Source: Candidatus Karelsulcia muelleri PSPU
GTDB taxonomy: Bacteria > Bacteroidota > Bacteroidia > Flavobacteriales > Blattabacteriaceae
Assembly: GCF_000829155.1 (NCBI RefSeq)
Contig: NZ_AP013293.1
Coordinates: forward strand, 120,001 to 152,000
Length of the DNA: 32,000 nt
Reading direction: 5' to 3'
Part shown: positions 8,571 to 17,639 of the stretch, one piece after another
Layout: each line of letters opens with the position of its first letter
Numbering within the stretch: the first letter of the stretch is position 1
Program-made: the position numbers and the translations under genes
Notes under the pieces: model-generated
What the model was told of the DNA's origin: nothing
The model's input: the letters and a program-made list of their open reading frames with translations, nothing else
Database searches by the model: none

Positions 8571-9772
8571 AATTACTAATTTTAAATTTAGGAAGTTCTT
8601 CAATTAAATATCAATTAATAGAAAAAAAAACAATTTTAGCCAAAGGATTAATAGAAAGAATTGGAATGTATGGAAGTAGAATAAAACATACTTTTTTAAA
8701 AGAAAAAATAATATATAAAAATATATATAATCATTTTATAGGTTTAAAAGAAATTAATAATTTATTATGTAATTGTGTAATTATAAATACAGATGAAATA
8801 TATGCTATAGGTCATAGAATAGTTCATGGAGGTTTTTTTTTTATTAAACCTACAATAATATCAGAAAATGTAAAAAAAAAAATAAAAGAACTTTTTAATA
8901 TAGCTCCTCTACATAATAGAATAAATACTATGGGTATAGAAATATCTGAAAAAATATTTAAAAAATCAATTCAAGTAGCAGTATTTGATACTGAATTTCA
9001 TTCGACAATCCCTAAAAAAGCTTATTTATATGCAATTCCATATGAATTTTATTTCAAACATTATATTAGATCATATGGGTTCCATGGAATTAGTCATAAA
9101 TATGTTTCAAAAAAAGCAATACAATATTTAAAAAATAAAAAAGCTAAATTAATTACTATGCATCTAGGAAATGGATCTAGTATAACAGCTGTAGATTCTG
9201 GCGTATCTGTAGAAACGTCTATGGGATTTTCTCCAAATAGTGGATTAATAATGGGAACAAGATCTGGGGATATAGATAGTAATATTATTTTTAATACTCT
9301 AAAAAAAGGTTTTAAAATAGATGAATTGATTGATATTTTAAATAAAAAAAGTGGAATGTTGGCTATATCAGGTTATAGTGATATGAGAGATATAAAAAAA
9401 AGATATGATAAAGGAGACAAAAAAGCAATATTAGCATATGAAATGTATTCTTATAGAGTTAAAAAATATATTGGGATATCTATATCTGTAATGAATGGGG
9501 TAGATGCATTAATATTTACTGGAGGTATAGGAGAAAATGATATGTTAATGCGTAAACTTATATGTGAAAATTTAGATTTTTTTGGAATAAAATTAGATAA
9601 TAAAAAAAATAATAATTTATTAAAAAAAAATAATGTAAATGAAATACAAGTAAAAAATAATAAAGTAAAAATACTTGTTATTAATACAAATGAAGAATTA
9701 CAAATATCAAAAGAAATTTTAAATGTTTTAAATGTTAAAAATGTTAAAAATGTTAAAAATGTTAAAAAATAA
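8567..9772 (+). CDS. ackA: Acetate kinase
   Basis: 401 aa. It has [68 protein letters not shown], and FTGGIGEN. The C-terminal [13 protein letters not shown] tail is encoded by a 9-bp tandem repeat. Confidence 0.95.
   Translation: MKLLILNLGSSSIKYQLIEKKTILAKGLIERIGMYGSRIKHTFLKEKIIYKNIYNHFIGLKEINNLLCNCVIINTDEIYAIGHRIVHGGFFFIKPTIISENVKKKIKELFNIAPLHNRINTMGIEISEKIFKKSIQVAVFDTEFHSTIPKKAYLYAIPYEFYFKHYIRSYGFHGISHKYVSKKAIQYLKNKKAKLITMHLGNGSSITAVDSGVSVETSMGFSPNSGLIMGTRSGDIDSNIIFNTLKKGFKIDELIDILNKKSGMLAISGYSDMRDIKKRYDKGDKKAILAYEMYSYRVKKYIGISISVMNGVDALIFTGGIGENDMLMRKLICENLDFFGIKLDNKKNNNLLKKNNVNEIQVKNNKVKILVINTNEELQISKEILNVLNVKNVKNVKNVKK
9722..9766. repeat. 9-bp tandem repeat AATGTTAAA: four perfect copies (9731-9766) plus one imperfect copy (9722-9730)
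   Basis: Read directly from the sequence. It encodes (NVK)n in the ackA frame and (MLK)n in the mnmE frame, which creates in-frame ATGs at 9732, 9741, 9750 and 9759. Confidence 0.95.
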
Positions 9773-11129
9773 TGATACTATAGTAGCTATAGCTACTCCT
9801 AGTGGATATGGAGCAATTGCTGTTATACGTATTTCAGGGGTAAATTCTATAAAAATTTTAAAAAAAATATTTTTATCTTTTTCAGGAAAAAAAAAATTAT
9901 CTGAAAAAAGATCAATAAATTTAGGATATATAAAATACAAAAATAAAATTATTGATAAGGTTTTAATTTTTATATTTAAAAAACCAAAATCATATACTGG
10001 AGAAGATATAGTAGAAATATCTTGTCATGGATCTATTTACATACAAAATAAATTATTGGCAATAATTATTGACCAAGGAGCCAGATTAGCCAATCCTGGA
10101 GAATTTACTTTACGTGCTTTTCTTAATGGAAAGATAGATCTTTGTCAAGCGGAATCAATATTAGATATTGTTAATTCAGAAACAGATTTTTCTCATGAAT
10201 TTGCGATTAATCAAATGCGTGGAAATATTTCAAATTTAATTAAAAATTTAAGAAAAAAATTGATATATTTTTTATCATTAATAGAATTTGAACTAGATTT
10301 TTCTGAAGAAAATTATAATATAATAAATTATTTAGAATTTAAAAAATTATTAGATAATATAATAAAAAAATTAAAAGATTTAATAAAATCATTTAAAATA
10401 GGAAATGCTTTAAAAAATGGCATATCAGTATCTATAATAGGATGTCCTAATGTAGGTAAATCAACTTTATTTAATAAATTATTGAAATATGAAAGATCAA
10501 TAGTATCTAATATTGCAGGAACAACTAGAAATTATATAGAAGATAGTTTAATTATAAATGGAATAAAATATCGTTTTATAGATACAGCAGGTATAAATAA
10601 TAAGACAAAAAATTATATTGAAAAATTAGGTATAAAAAAAACATATAGTAATATTAAAAAATCTGATATTATATTATATGTATTTGATAATTTTAATAAA
10701 AAAATGATTTATAATAAAAAAAAAAAATTACAAAAAGAATATCCTCATAAAAAAATATTTATTATAATAAATAAATATGATTTAATCAAACAAAAACAAA
10801 TTATTAATTATAAAAATATAATTAATATATCTGCTAAATATGGATATGGAATTAATAAATTATTATATAAAATAACTAATTTTTATAAAAAAATGATTAA
10901 TTTAAAAAAAAATTCAATAGTAATAACTCAAACAAGACATTACGAATCTTTTAAAGAAGCAGTTTTTTATTTATCTAAAGTCAAAGAAAATTTGGAAAAA
11001 AAAATTTTTCCAGAATTTTTATCGATAGATATACGTACAGCTTTAGATTATTTAGGTAAAGTAACTGGTGAAGTAACTAATGAAGAGATATTATCAAATA
11101 TTTTTTCTAAATTTTGTATTGGAAAATAA
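9732..11129 (+). CDS. mnmE: tRNA modification GTPase MnmE/TrmE. The start is ambiguous among four in-frame ATGs (9732, 9741, 9750, 9759).
   Basis: It has [22 protein letters not shown], the G-domain [16 protein letters not shown] and NKYD, and the C-terminal FCIGK motif. Homologs as I recall them start only a few residues before DTIVA, which favours the last ATG (9759). Confidence 0.93.
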   Translation: MLKMLKMLKMLKNNDTIVAIATPSGYGAIAVIRISGVNSIKILKKIFLSFSGKKKLSEKRSINLGYIKYKNKIIDKVLIFIFKKPKSYTGEDIVEISCHGSIYIQNKLLAIIIDQGARLANPGEFTLRAFLNGKIDLCQAESILDIVNSETDFSHEFAINQMRGNISNLIKNLRKKLIYFLSLIEFELDFSEENYNIINYLEFKKLLDNIIKKLKDLIKSFKIGNALKNGISVSIIGCPNVGKSTLFNKLLKYERSIVSNIAGTTRNYIEDSLIINGIKYRFIDTAGINNKTKNYIEKLGIKKTYSNIKKSDIILYVFDNFNKKMIYNKKKKLQKEYPHKKIFIIINKYDLIKQKQIINYKNIINISAKYGYGINKLLYKITNFYKKMINLKKNSIVITQTRHYESFKEAVFYLSKVKENLEKKIFPEFLSIDIRTALDYLGKVTGEVTNEEILSNIFSKFCIGK

Positions 11130-11134
11130 TAAAT

Positions 11135-13246
11135 ATGAAATATTTAAGTATTCTTAATAAAACTCAATATAAAGCTGTAACTACTATAGATAGACCTACT
11201 ATGGTAATAGCAGGAGCTGGATCAGGGAAAACTCGTGTACTTATATATCGTTTAATTCATTTAATTAAATCTGGTGTTAAAAGTCGAAATATTTTAGCAT
11301 TAACTTTTACTAAAAAATCTGCAAATGAAATGAAATATAGGCTTTCCTCTTTAATTGATAAAAATGAATTAGACCAGATTTATATAGGTACGTTTCATTC
11401 AATTTTTGCCAAACTTCTTAGAAAGAATAGTGATTTAATTGGATATAAAAAGAATTATATTATATATGATAGATATGATTCTGAAAAGATTATAAAAAAA
11501 ATAATAAAAAATCTTAATTTAGATAAAAAAATTTATAGATCCAAATATTTATTGGATAAAATATCTATGATTAAAAATCATTATTTTAATGAAAGAAATT
11601 TATATATAACTAATATATATGCTAATTATAAAAAATATTGTTATCAAAATGGAATAATGGATTTTGATGATATATTATTATATACTAATATATTATTTAA
11701 TAAAAATCCTGAGATTCTTAAGAAATATCAAGAATATTTTAAATATATATTAATTGATGAATATCAAGATACAAATTATTCTCAATATAGAATAATAAAA
11801 TTATTATCATTAAAACATAATAATATTTTTGTTGTTGGAGATGATTCTCAAAGTATATATTCATTTCGTGGAGCGAATATTAATAATATTTTAAATTTTA
11901 AAAAAGATTATAAAAATGCGGTTATTATTAGGTTAGAACAAAATTATAGGTCTACGAAATATATTGTAGATGTATCTAATCAGATTATTTCTTTAAATAA
12001 AAGAAAAATTGATAAAAAATTATGGACAAATAATAAAATTGGAAAAAAAATTAAACTATATAAAGCCTTTTCTTCTTTTGAAGAAAGTGATTTTGTAGCC
12101 AATACAATAGATCAATTAAAAAAAAAAAAAAAATTAAAATATAGTGATTTTGGTGTTTTATATCGTACAAATGCACAATCTAGATCTTTAGAAGAGAGTT
12201 TTATTAAAAAAAAAATACCATATAATATTTATGGAAGTATTTCATTTTATAAACGAAAAGAAATTAAAGATTTAATAGCATACTTTCGTTTAATAGTTAA
12301 TATTAATGATGAAGAATCTTTAATTAGGATTATTAATTATCCTAAAAGAGGAATTGGAGAGGTAACTTTAAAAAAAATATTTTTTTTATCAAAACAAAAT
12401 GATAAAAGAATATTTGAAATATTAAAAAATATTAATAATTATAAGTCTATTATTAATAGAGACCAAAAAATATTAGATAATATCTCTAATTTTTGTAATA
12501 AAATATTATTTTTTAATAAAAGATTAGATGAAGATGCATTTATTCTTTCTAAAGAAATATCTGAATCCTTTGGATTGTTAGAAGAAATAAAAAAAGATAA
12601 AATTAAACAAGGAATAGATAATGTTGAAGAATTTTTGAATAGTATTTCTACTTTTGTAGAAGATAAAAAAAAAATAAAAAATGAAGAAATTTCTCTAAAT
12701 GCATATTTAGAAAGTCTCTATTTAGATTTAGATTTAGATTATAAATTTAATAATTTAACTAAAGAAAGTGTTTCTCTGATGACTATTCATCTATCTAAAG
12801 GATTAGAATTTCCAATAATATTTATTATAGGTCTAGAAGAGAAGATATTTCCATCTATATTAAGTATTTCATCTCAATTGGAAATTGAAGAAGAAAGACG
12901 TTTATTTTATGTAGCATTAACACGTGCTAAAGAAGATATTTTTTTAACTTTTTCTAAAAATAGATATAAATGGGGTAAAATAGTACCTACTATATGTAGT
13001 AGGTTTGTTAAAGAAATAGATAAAAAATATATAAAATATATAAAAAATGATTTAAATCATAAAAAATTTGATGATACCTCATTATTAGGATCATATACAA
13101 ATAATTTAAAAGAAGGTATGATTGTATATAGTAATTCCTTTGGAAGAGGAAAAATAATTAAAATAGAAGGTCAAATTATTACTGTATATTTTAATAATAT
13201 AGGTGAAAAAAAAATATTAAATACTAAATTAAAAATTATATATTAA
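11135..13246 (+). CDS. pcrA: ATP-dependent DNA helicase of the UvrD/PcrA/Rep family
   Basis: It has LNKTQYKAV, Walker A AGAGSGKT, ALTFTKKSANEM, IGTFHS, LIDEYQDTN, VGDDSQSIYSFRGA, LEQNYRST, YRTN, TIHLSKGLEF, RRLFYVALTRAK, and a C-terminal FGRGKI...V.F motif. I place the start at ATG 11135. The ORF track's start at 11114 is a TTG that overlaps the end of mnmE. Confidence 0.9.
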   Translation: MKYLSILNKTQYKAVTTIDRPTMVIAGAGSGKTRVLIYRLIHLIKSGVKSRNILALTFTKKSANEMKYRLSSLIDKNELDQIYIGTFHSIFAKLLRKNSDLIGYKKNYIIYDRYDSEKIIKKIIKNLNLDKKIYRSKYLLDKISMIKNHYFNERNLYITNIYANYKKYCYQNGIMDFDDILLYTNILFNKNPEILKKYQEYFKYILIDEYQDTNYSQYRIIKLLSLKHNNIFVVGDDSQSIYSFRGANINNILNFKKDYKNAVIIRLEQNYRSTKYIVDVSNQIISLNKRKIDKKLWTNNKIGKKIKLYKAFSSFEESDFVANTIDQLKKKKKLKYSDFGVLYRTNAQSRSLEESFIKKKIPYNIYGSISFYKRKEIKDLIAYFRLIVNINDEESLIRIINYPKRGIGEVTLKKIFFLSKQNDKRIFEILKNINNYKSIINRDQKILDNISNFCNKILFFNKRLDEDAFILSKEISESFGLLEEIKKDKIKQGIDNVEEFLNSISTFVEDKKKIKNEEISLNAYLESLYLDLDLDYKFNNLTKESVSLMTIHLSKGLEFPIIFIIGLEEKIFPSILSISSQLEIEEERRLFYVALTRAKEDIFLTFSKNRYKWGKIVPTICSRFVKEIDKKYIKYIKNDLNHKKFDDTSLLGSYTNNLKEGMIVYSNSFGRGKIIKIEGQIITVYFNNIGEKKILNTKLKIIY

Positions 13247-13257
13247 TAAATGGGTAT

Positions 13258-13332
13258 GGGTGATTAGCTCAGTTGGTTAAGAGTATCTGCCTTACAAGCA
13301 GAGGGTCACTGGTTCAAATCCAGTATCACCCA
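13258..13332 (+). tRNA. tRNA-Val (anticodon UAC)
   Basis: Cloverleaf folded by hand. Acceptor GGGTGAT pairs with ATCACCC. D-arm is GCTC/GAGT. Anticodon stem TCTGC/GCAGA has the loop CTTACAA. T-arm ACTGG/CCAGT has the loop TTCAAAT. Discriminator is A. No CCA is encoded. It is a local GC-rich island. Confidence 0.9.
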
Positions 13333-13376
13333 CTTTTTAAGAAGTATTTAAATTAAAAATATTCTATTTTTTTATT

Positions 13377-16300
13377 ATGTATATAATATTCGATACAGAA
13401 ACTACAGGATTACCTAAAGATTATAATGCACCAATAAATAATATTATTAATTGGCCTCGTTTAGTAAAAATATCATGGGGATTATATGATGAAAAATTAA
13501 AATTAATAGAACTTAAAGATTATATAATTAAACCAGAAGGTTATGAGATTCCTTTTATATCAACTAAAATACATGGTATAAGTACAAAAGATGCAATTGA
13601 AAAAGGATATAAAATAAATTATGTATTAAAAAAATTTAATAAAATTATTAATAAATATAATTTTTTTATTGGTCATAATGTTTTTTTTGATATAAAAATA
13701 ATATGTGCAGAATTTTTTAGAATTAAAAAAAAAAATTTTTTATATAAAAAAAAAATTATTGATACTAAAGAAAAATCTATTAATTATTGTGCTATTAAAA
13801 TTGGAAAAGACAAATTAAAATGGCCTACACTTACAGAACTTTATAAAAAATTATTTAATGATACATTTATTGCTCATGATTCTAAATCAGATGTATTAGC
13901 AACTTCAAAATGTTTTTTTGAATTATTACGTATTGGAATAATATCACTTAATAATATTAATAAAAAATTATTAATTAATAAAATTAATTTATTAAAATTA
14001 AATAAAATTAATAATTTAAAATTAAAAATTAATAATTTTAATATTAAAAATAATAATTTTAATACAAAATATTTTTCACATATTCATAATCATACTTCTT
14101 TTTCAATACTGTCTTCAACAATTGATATTAATTCTTTAATTAAAAAAACTATAGAATATAATATGGATGCTGTGGGAATAACTGATTATGGTAATATGAT
14201 GGGAGTTTTTAATTTTATTAAAAAAATAAAAAATTTAAATTATAATAATAAAAAAATTAAGCCAATTATAGGATGTGAATTATTTATTTCATATAATTAT
14301 TTAATAAAAAAATTTACTAAAAAAAATCCGGATAAAATATATCATCAAGTATTTTTTGCTAAAAATAAAAATGGTTATAATAACTTATCAAAATTATGTT
14401 CTCATGGATTTATAGATGGATATTATTCAGGAATTCCTAGAATTGGAAAAAATTTAATTGAAAAATATAAGGAAAATTTAATAGCAATTAGTGGAGATTT
14501 AAATTCTGAAATACCATTTACTATTTTAAATAAAGGTGAAAATGAGGCAGAGAAAGTATTTAAATGGTGGCATAATTTATTTGGAGACGATTTTTATATA
14601 GAAATATTAAGGCATGGTTTAGAAGAAGAAGATCATGTAAATAAAATTCTGTTAAAATTTTCAAAAAAATATAATGTAAAATTTATTGCACAAAATAATA
14701 ATTTTTATATTTCTAAAAAAGATTATAATGCACATGATATTTTATTATGTGTAAAAAATAGTCAAAAGCAATCTACTCCTATAGGAAAAGGTAAAGGATT
14801 TCGTTTTGGATTTCCCAATAAAGAATTTTATTTTAAAAATAAGTTTCAAATGTATAATCTGTTTTCAGATTTGCCTGAAGCCTTTTCTAATTTAAAAGAA
14901 TTAATAGAAAAAGTAGAATTTTATGATATTTCAAATAAAATTTTATTACCAAAATTTAATATACCCAATAAATGGATAAAAAAAAATTGTAAAGATTATG
15001 ATAAAAATAATGAAAATGAATATTTAAGATTTTTAACCTATAAAGGAGCTAAAAAAAAATATATAGATATAAATGATATAATTAAAAAAAAAATTGAATT
15101 TGAACTTGAAACTATTAAAAAAATAGGATATCCAGGATACTTTCTTATAGTACAAGATTTTATTTTTAAAGCAAAAAATATAGGTATTGAAGTAGGACCT
15201 GGAAGAGGTTCTGTTGCTGGATCTGTTGTTGCTTATTGTTTAGGTATAACTAATATAGATCCAATAAAATATAATCTTCTTTTTGAAAGATTTTTAAATC
15301 CTGATCGTGTTTCTCTACCTGATATTGATATTGATTTTGATGATAAAGGTCGTGAAAAAATAATTGAATGGGTAGTGAATAAATATGGAAAAAATAAAGT
15401 TGCTCAAATAATAACATATGGAAAAATGGGAGCCAAATCTTCAATAAGAGATACTGCTCGTGTATTGAATCTTCCTTTATTAGAAACAAACAAAATTGCA
15501 AAAATTGTACCTAATATATCTCTAAAAGATATAATAAAAAAAAATATTAAATCTTTAAAAGAAATTTTAAATAATGAAGAATTAGAAAATGTAATAAAAT
15601 TAAAAAAAATTTTTAAAAAAAAAAATACTTTACAGTCTAAAATACTTAAACAAGCTATGGTAATTGAAGGTTCTGTTAGAAATACTGGAATTCATGCATG
15701 TGGCATTATAATTACACCTTCAGATATTAAAGACTATATACCTGTATCGACAACAAAAGATTCTAATTTTTTATTAACTCAATTTGATAATGAGGTTGTA
15801 GAAAAAGTAGGTCTATTAAAAATGGATTTTTTAGGGTTAAAAACGCTTACTATAATTAAAGAAACATTATATCTAATTTCTAATTTAAAATTAGAAAATA
15901 TACCTCTTGATGATGTTAAAACATATGAATTATTTCAAAAGGGAGAAACAGTTGCTGTTTTTCAATATGAATCTCCTGGTATGCAAAAATATCTTATACA
16001 ATTAAAACCAGATAAATTTTATGATTTAATAGCTATGAATGCTTTATATCGTCCTGGACCTATGCAGTATATTCCTAATTTTATAGCACGTAAACATGGA
16101 CTTGAAAAAATATCTTATGATCTTCCTGAGCTTAAGGAATTTTTAGAAGAAACTTATGGAATTACAGTTTATCAAGAACAAGTTATGTTGATCTCACAAA
16201 AAATATCTGGATTTAGTAAAGGAGATGCAGATTTTTTAAGAAAAGCTATAGGAAAAAAAGATAAAAAAATATTATTTAAAATTAAAAATAAATTTATTTA

Positions 16301-17597
16301 TGGTGGTCTAAAAAATTTTTTTTCAATAAAGATTTTAGAAAAAATCTGGAAAGATTGGAAAGCTTTTGCTTCATATGCTTTTAATAAATCTCATTCTACA
16401 TGTTATTCATATATAGCTTTTCAAACAGCATATTTAAAAAAACATTATCCAGCTGAATATATGGCTTCAGTATTAAGCAATAATATGCAAAAAATAAAAA
16501 ATGTCACTTTTTTTATTGAAGAATGTAAACGTATTGGAGTAATAGTACTTGGACCAGATATAAATGAAAGCAATTATAAATTTACTGTTAATAAAATGGG
16601 ATATATTCGTTTTGGTTTGGGTGCTATTAAAGGAATAGGAGAATCTTCTGTTAATTCTCTTCTTAAAGAAAGAAAAAATAGATATAATTCTATATTATAC
16701 TTAATTAAAAATGTTGATTTACGTTTAGTTAATAAAAAAGTTTTAGAAAATTTAGTTTTATCAGGAGCTTTTGATAATTTAAACAATATACATAGATATC
16801 AATATTTCTATGAAGAAAATGGATCAAATATGATAGAAAAAATGATAAAATTTGGGGTAAAATATAAAAAATTAAAAAAAAATGTTAAAAAGACCCTTTT
16901 TAGTTCTGTTAAAGATATAGAAATATTAGAACCCAAATTTAAAATTTGTAAAGAATGGAATAATTTTTATAAATTAAATAAAGAAAAAGAAGTAATAGGA
17001 ATGTATATGACTTATAATCCATTAAATGAATATAATTATGAAATAAAAAATTTTACTAATGCTTCATTATATTCTTTAAATAAGAATATAGAAAAAAATA
17101 TTGGTAAAATATTAAATATATGTGGCATAATATCTAAATCAATACATAGAATATCAAATAATAAAAAATATCTAATCTTTAATTTAGAAGATGATAAATA
17201 TAATAAAGAATTTAAACTTTTTAAAAAAGATTATGAAAAATATAAAAATTATATATATGATAATAATCTCATATATATGAGTATTTATATTAAAAAATAT
17301 AAAAGAATTTATATTAAAATATTAAAAATTTTAAATATTAATAAAGTTATAAAACTCTTATCTAAGAGTATAAATATTGTTATAGATATTAATTATTTAA
17401 ATGATGATTTAATAAAAAATTTAAAAAAAATAATCTTTAATAATTTAGGAAGTAAAATATTTTATATTACAGTTTATGATAAAAAAAAAAATTTATATAT
17501 AAAATATATATCAAATAATTATTTTATTAATATAAATCATCATTTGTTAGAAACCCTTAGTAAGGTATATAAAATTAATTTTCAATTAAATACTTAA
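13377..17597 (+). CDS. dnaE: DNA polymerase III alpha subunit (DnaE) with an N-terminal DnaQ-like DEDDh 3'-5' exonuclease domain
   Basis: 1406 aa.
- Residues 1-~188 carry Exo I FDTETTG, Exo II GHNVFFD and Exo III HDSKSDV.
- An N/K/I/L-rich linker follows.
- The PHP domain starts at FSHIHNHTSFS.
- Polymerase core motifs are GYPGYFLIV, GPGRGS, LPDIDIDF, KMDFLGLKTL, NALYRPGP, YQEQVM and FNKSHS. Confidence 0.93.
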   Translation: MYIIFDTETTGLPKDYNAPINNIINWPRLVKISWGLYDEKLKLIELKDYIIKPEGYEIPFISTKIHGISTKDAIEKGYKINYVLKKFNKIINKYNFFIGHNVFFDIKIICAEFFRIKKKNFLYKKKIIDTKEKSINYCAIKIGKDKLKWPTLTELYKKLFNDTFIAHDSKSDVLATSKCFFELLRIGIISLNNINKKLLINKINLLKLNKINNLKLKINNFNIKNNNFNTKYFSHIHNHTSFSILSSTIDINSLIKKTIEYNMDAVGITDYGNMMGVFNFIKKIKNLNYNNKKIKPIIGCELFISYNYLIKKFTKKNPDKIYHQVFFAKNKNGYNNLSKLCSHGFIDGYYSGIPRIGKNLIEKYKENLIAISGDLNSEIPFTILNKGENEAEKVFKWWHNLFGDDFYIEILRHGLEEEDHVNKILLKFSKKYNVKFIAQNNNFYISKKDYNAHDILLCVKNSQKQSTPIGKGKGFRFGFPNKEFYFKNKFQMYNLFSDLPEAFSNLKELIEKVEFYDISNKILLPKFNIPNKWIKKNCKDYDKNNENEYLRFLTYKGAKKKYIDINDIIKKKIEFELETIKKIGYPGYFLIVQDFIFKAKNIGIEVGPGRGSVAGSVVAYCLGITNIDPIKYNLLFERFLNPDRVSLPDIDIDFDDKGREKIIEWVVNKYGKNKVAQIITYGKMGAKSSIRDTARVLNLPLLETNKIAKIVPNISLKDIIKKNIKSLKEILNNEELENVIKLKKIFKKKNTLQSKILKQAMVIEGSVRNTGIHACGIIITPSDIKDYIPVSTTKDSNFLLTQFDNEVVEKVGLLKMDFLGLKTLTIIKETLYLISNLKLENIPLDDVKTYELFQKGETVAVFQYESPGMQKYLIQLKPDKFYDLIAMNALYRPGPMQYIPNFIARKHGLEKISYDLPELKEFLEETYGITVYQEQVMLISQKISGFSKGDADFLRKAIGKKDKKILFKIKNKFIYGGLKNFFSIKILEKIWKDWKAFASYAFNKSHSTCYSYIAFQTAYLKKHYPAEYMASVLSNNMQKIKNVTFFIEECKRIGVIVLGPDINESNYKFTVNKMGYIRFGLGAIKGIGESSVNSLLKERKNRYNSILYLIKNVDLRLVNKKVLENLVLSGAFDNLNNIHRYQYFYEENGSNMIEKMIKFGVKYKKLKKNVKKTLFSSVKDIEILEPKFKICKEWNNFYKLNKEKEVIGMYMTYNPLNEYNYEIKNFTNASLYSLNKNIEKNIGKILNICGIISKSIHRISNNKKYLIFNLEDDKYNKEFKLFKKDYEKYKNYIYDNNLIYMSIYIKKYKRIYIKILKILNINKVIKLLSKSINIVIDINYLNDDLIKNLKKIIFNNLGSKIFYITVYDKKKNLYIKYISNNYFININHHLLETLSKVYKINFQLNT
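13948..14064 (+). repeat. 117-nt stretch with no G or C, inside dnaE. It is internally repetitive (AAATTAAT-like units) and encodes the exonuclease-PHP linker.
   Basis: Read directly from the sequence. After the C at 13947 the next G or C is the C at 14065. It translates to LNNINKKLLINKINLLKLNKINNLKLKINNFNIKNNNFN. Confidence 0.85.
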
Positions 17598-17639
17598 TTA
17601 TTTTTTTATACTGTGTAAACACGATGATTTTTAGAATAA

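Noticed and set aside
11114-11134. TTG-initiated 7-codon N-terminal extension of the helicase ORF (MYWKIIN...) given by the ORF track
   Set aside because: It overlaps the last codons of mnmE. An ATG at 11135 gives MKYLSILNKTQYKAV, which matches the usual distance to the Walker A motif in UvrD/PcrA helicases. I annotated the start at 11135.
12722-12739. Hexanucleotide TTAGAT repeated three times inside the helicase gene, encoding LDLDLD
   Set aside because: It is very short, in frame, and sits in a poorly conserved linker. It is ordinary low-complexity sequence, not comparable to the 9-bp array at the ackA/mnmE junction.
17613-17622. Small relatively GC-rich palindrome GTGTAAACAC between dnaE and the arg block, followed by a T-run. 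Considered as a terminator or an ArgR box.
   Set aside because: The stem is only 3-4 bp with a 2-4 nt loop, which is too weak for an intrinsic terminator. There is no convincing match to the ARG-box consensus, and no argR gene is visible in the window.
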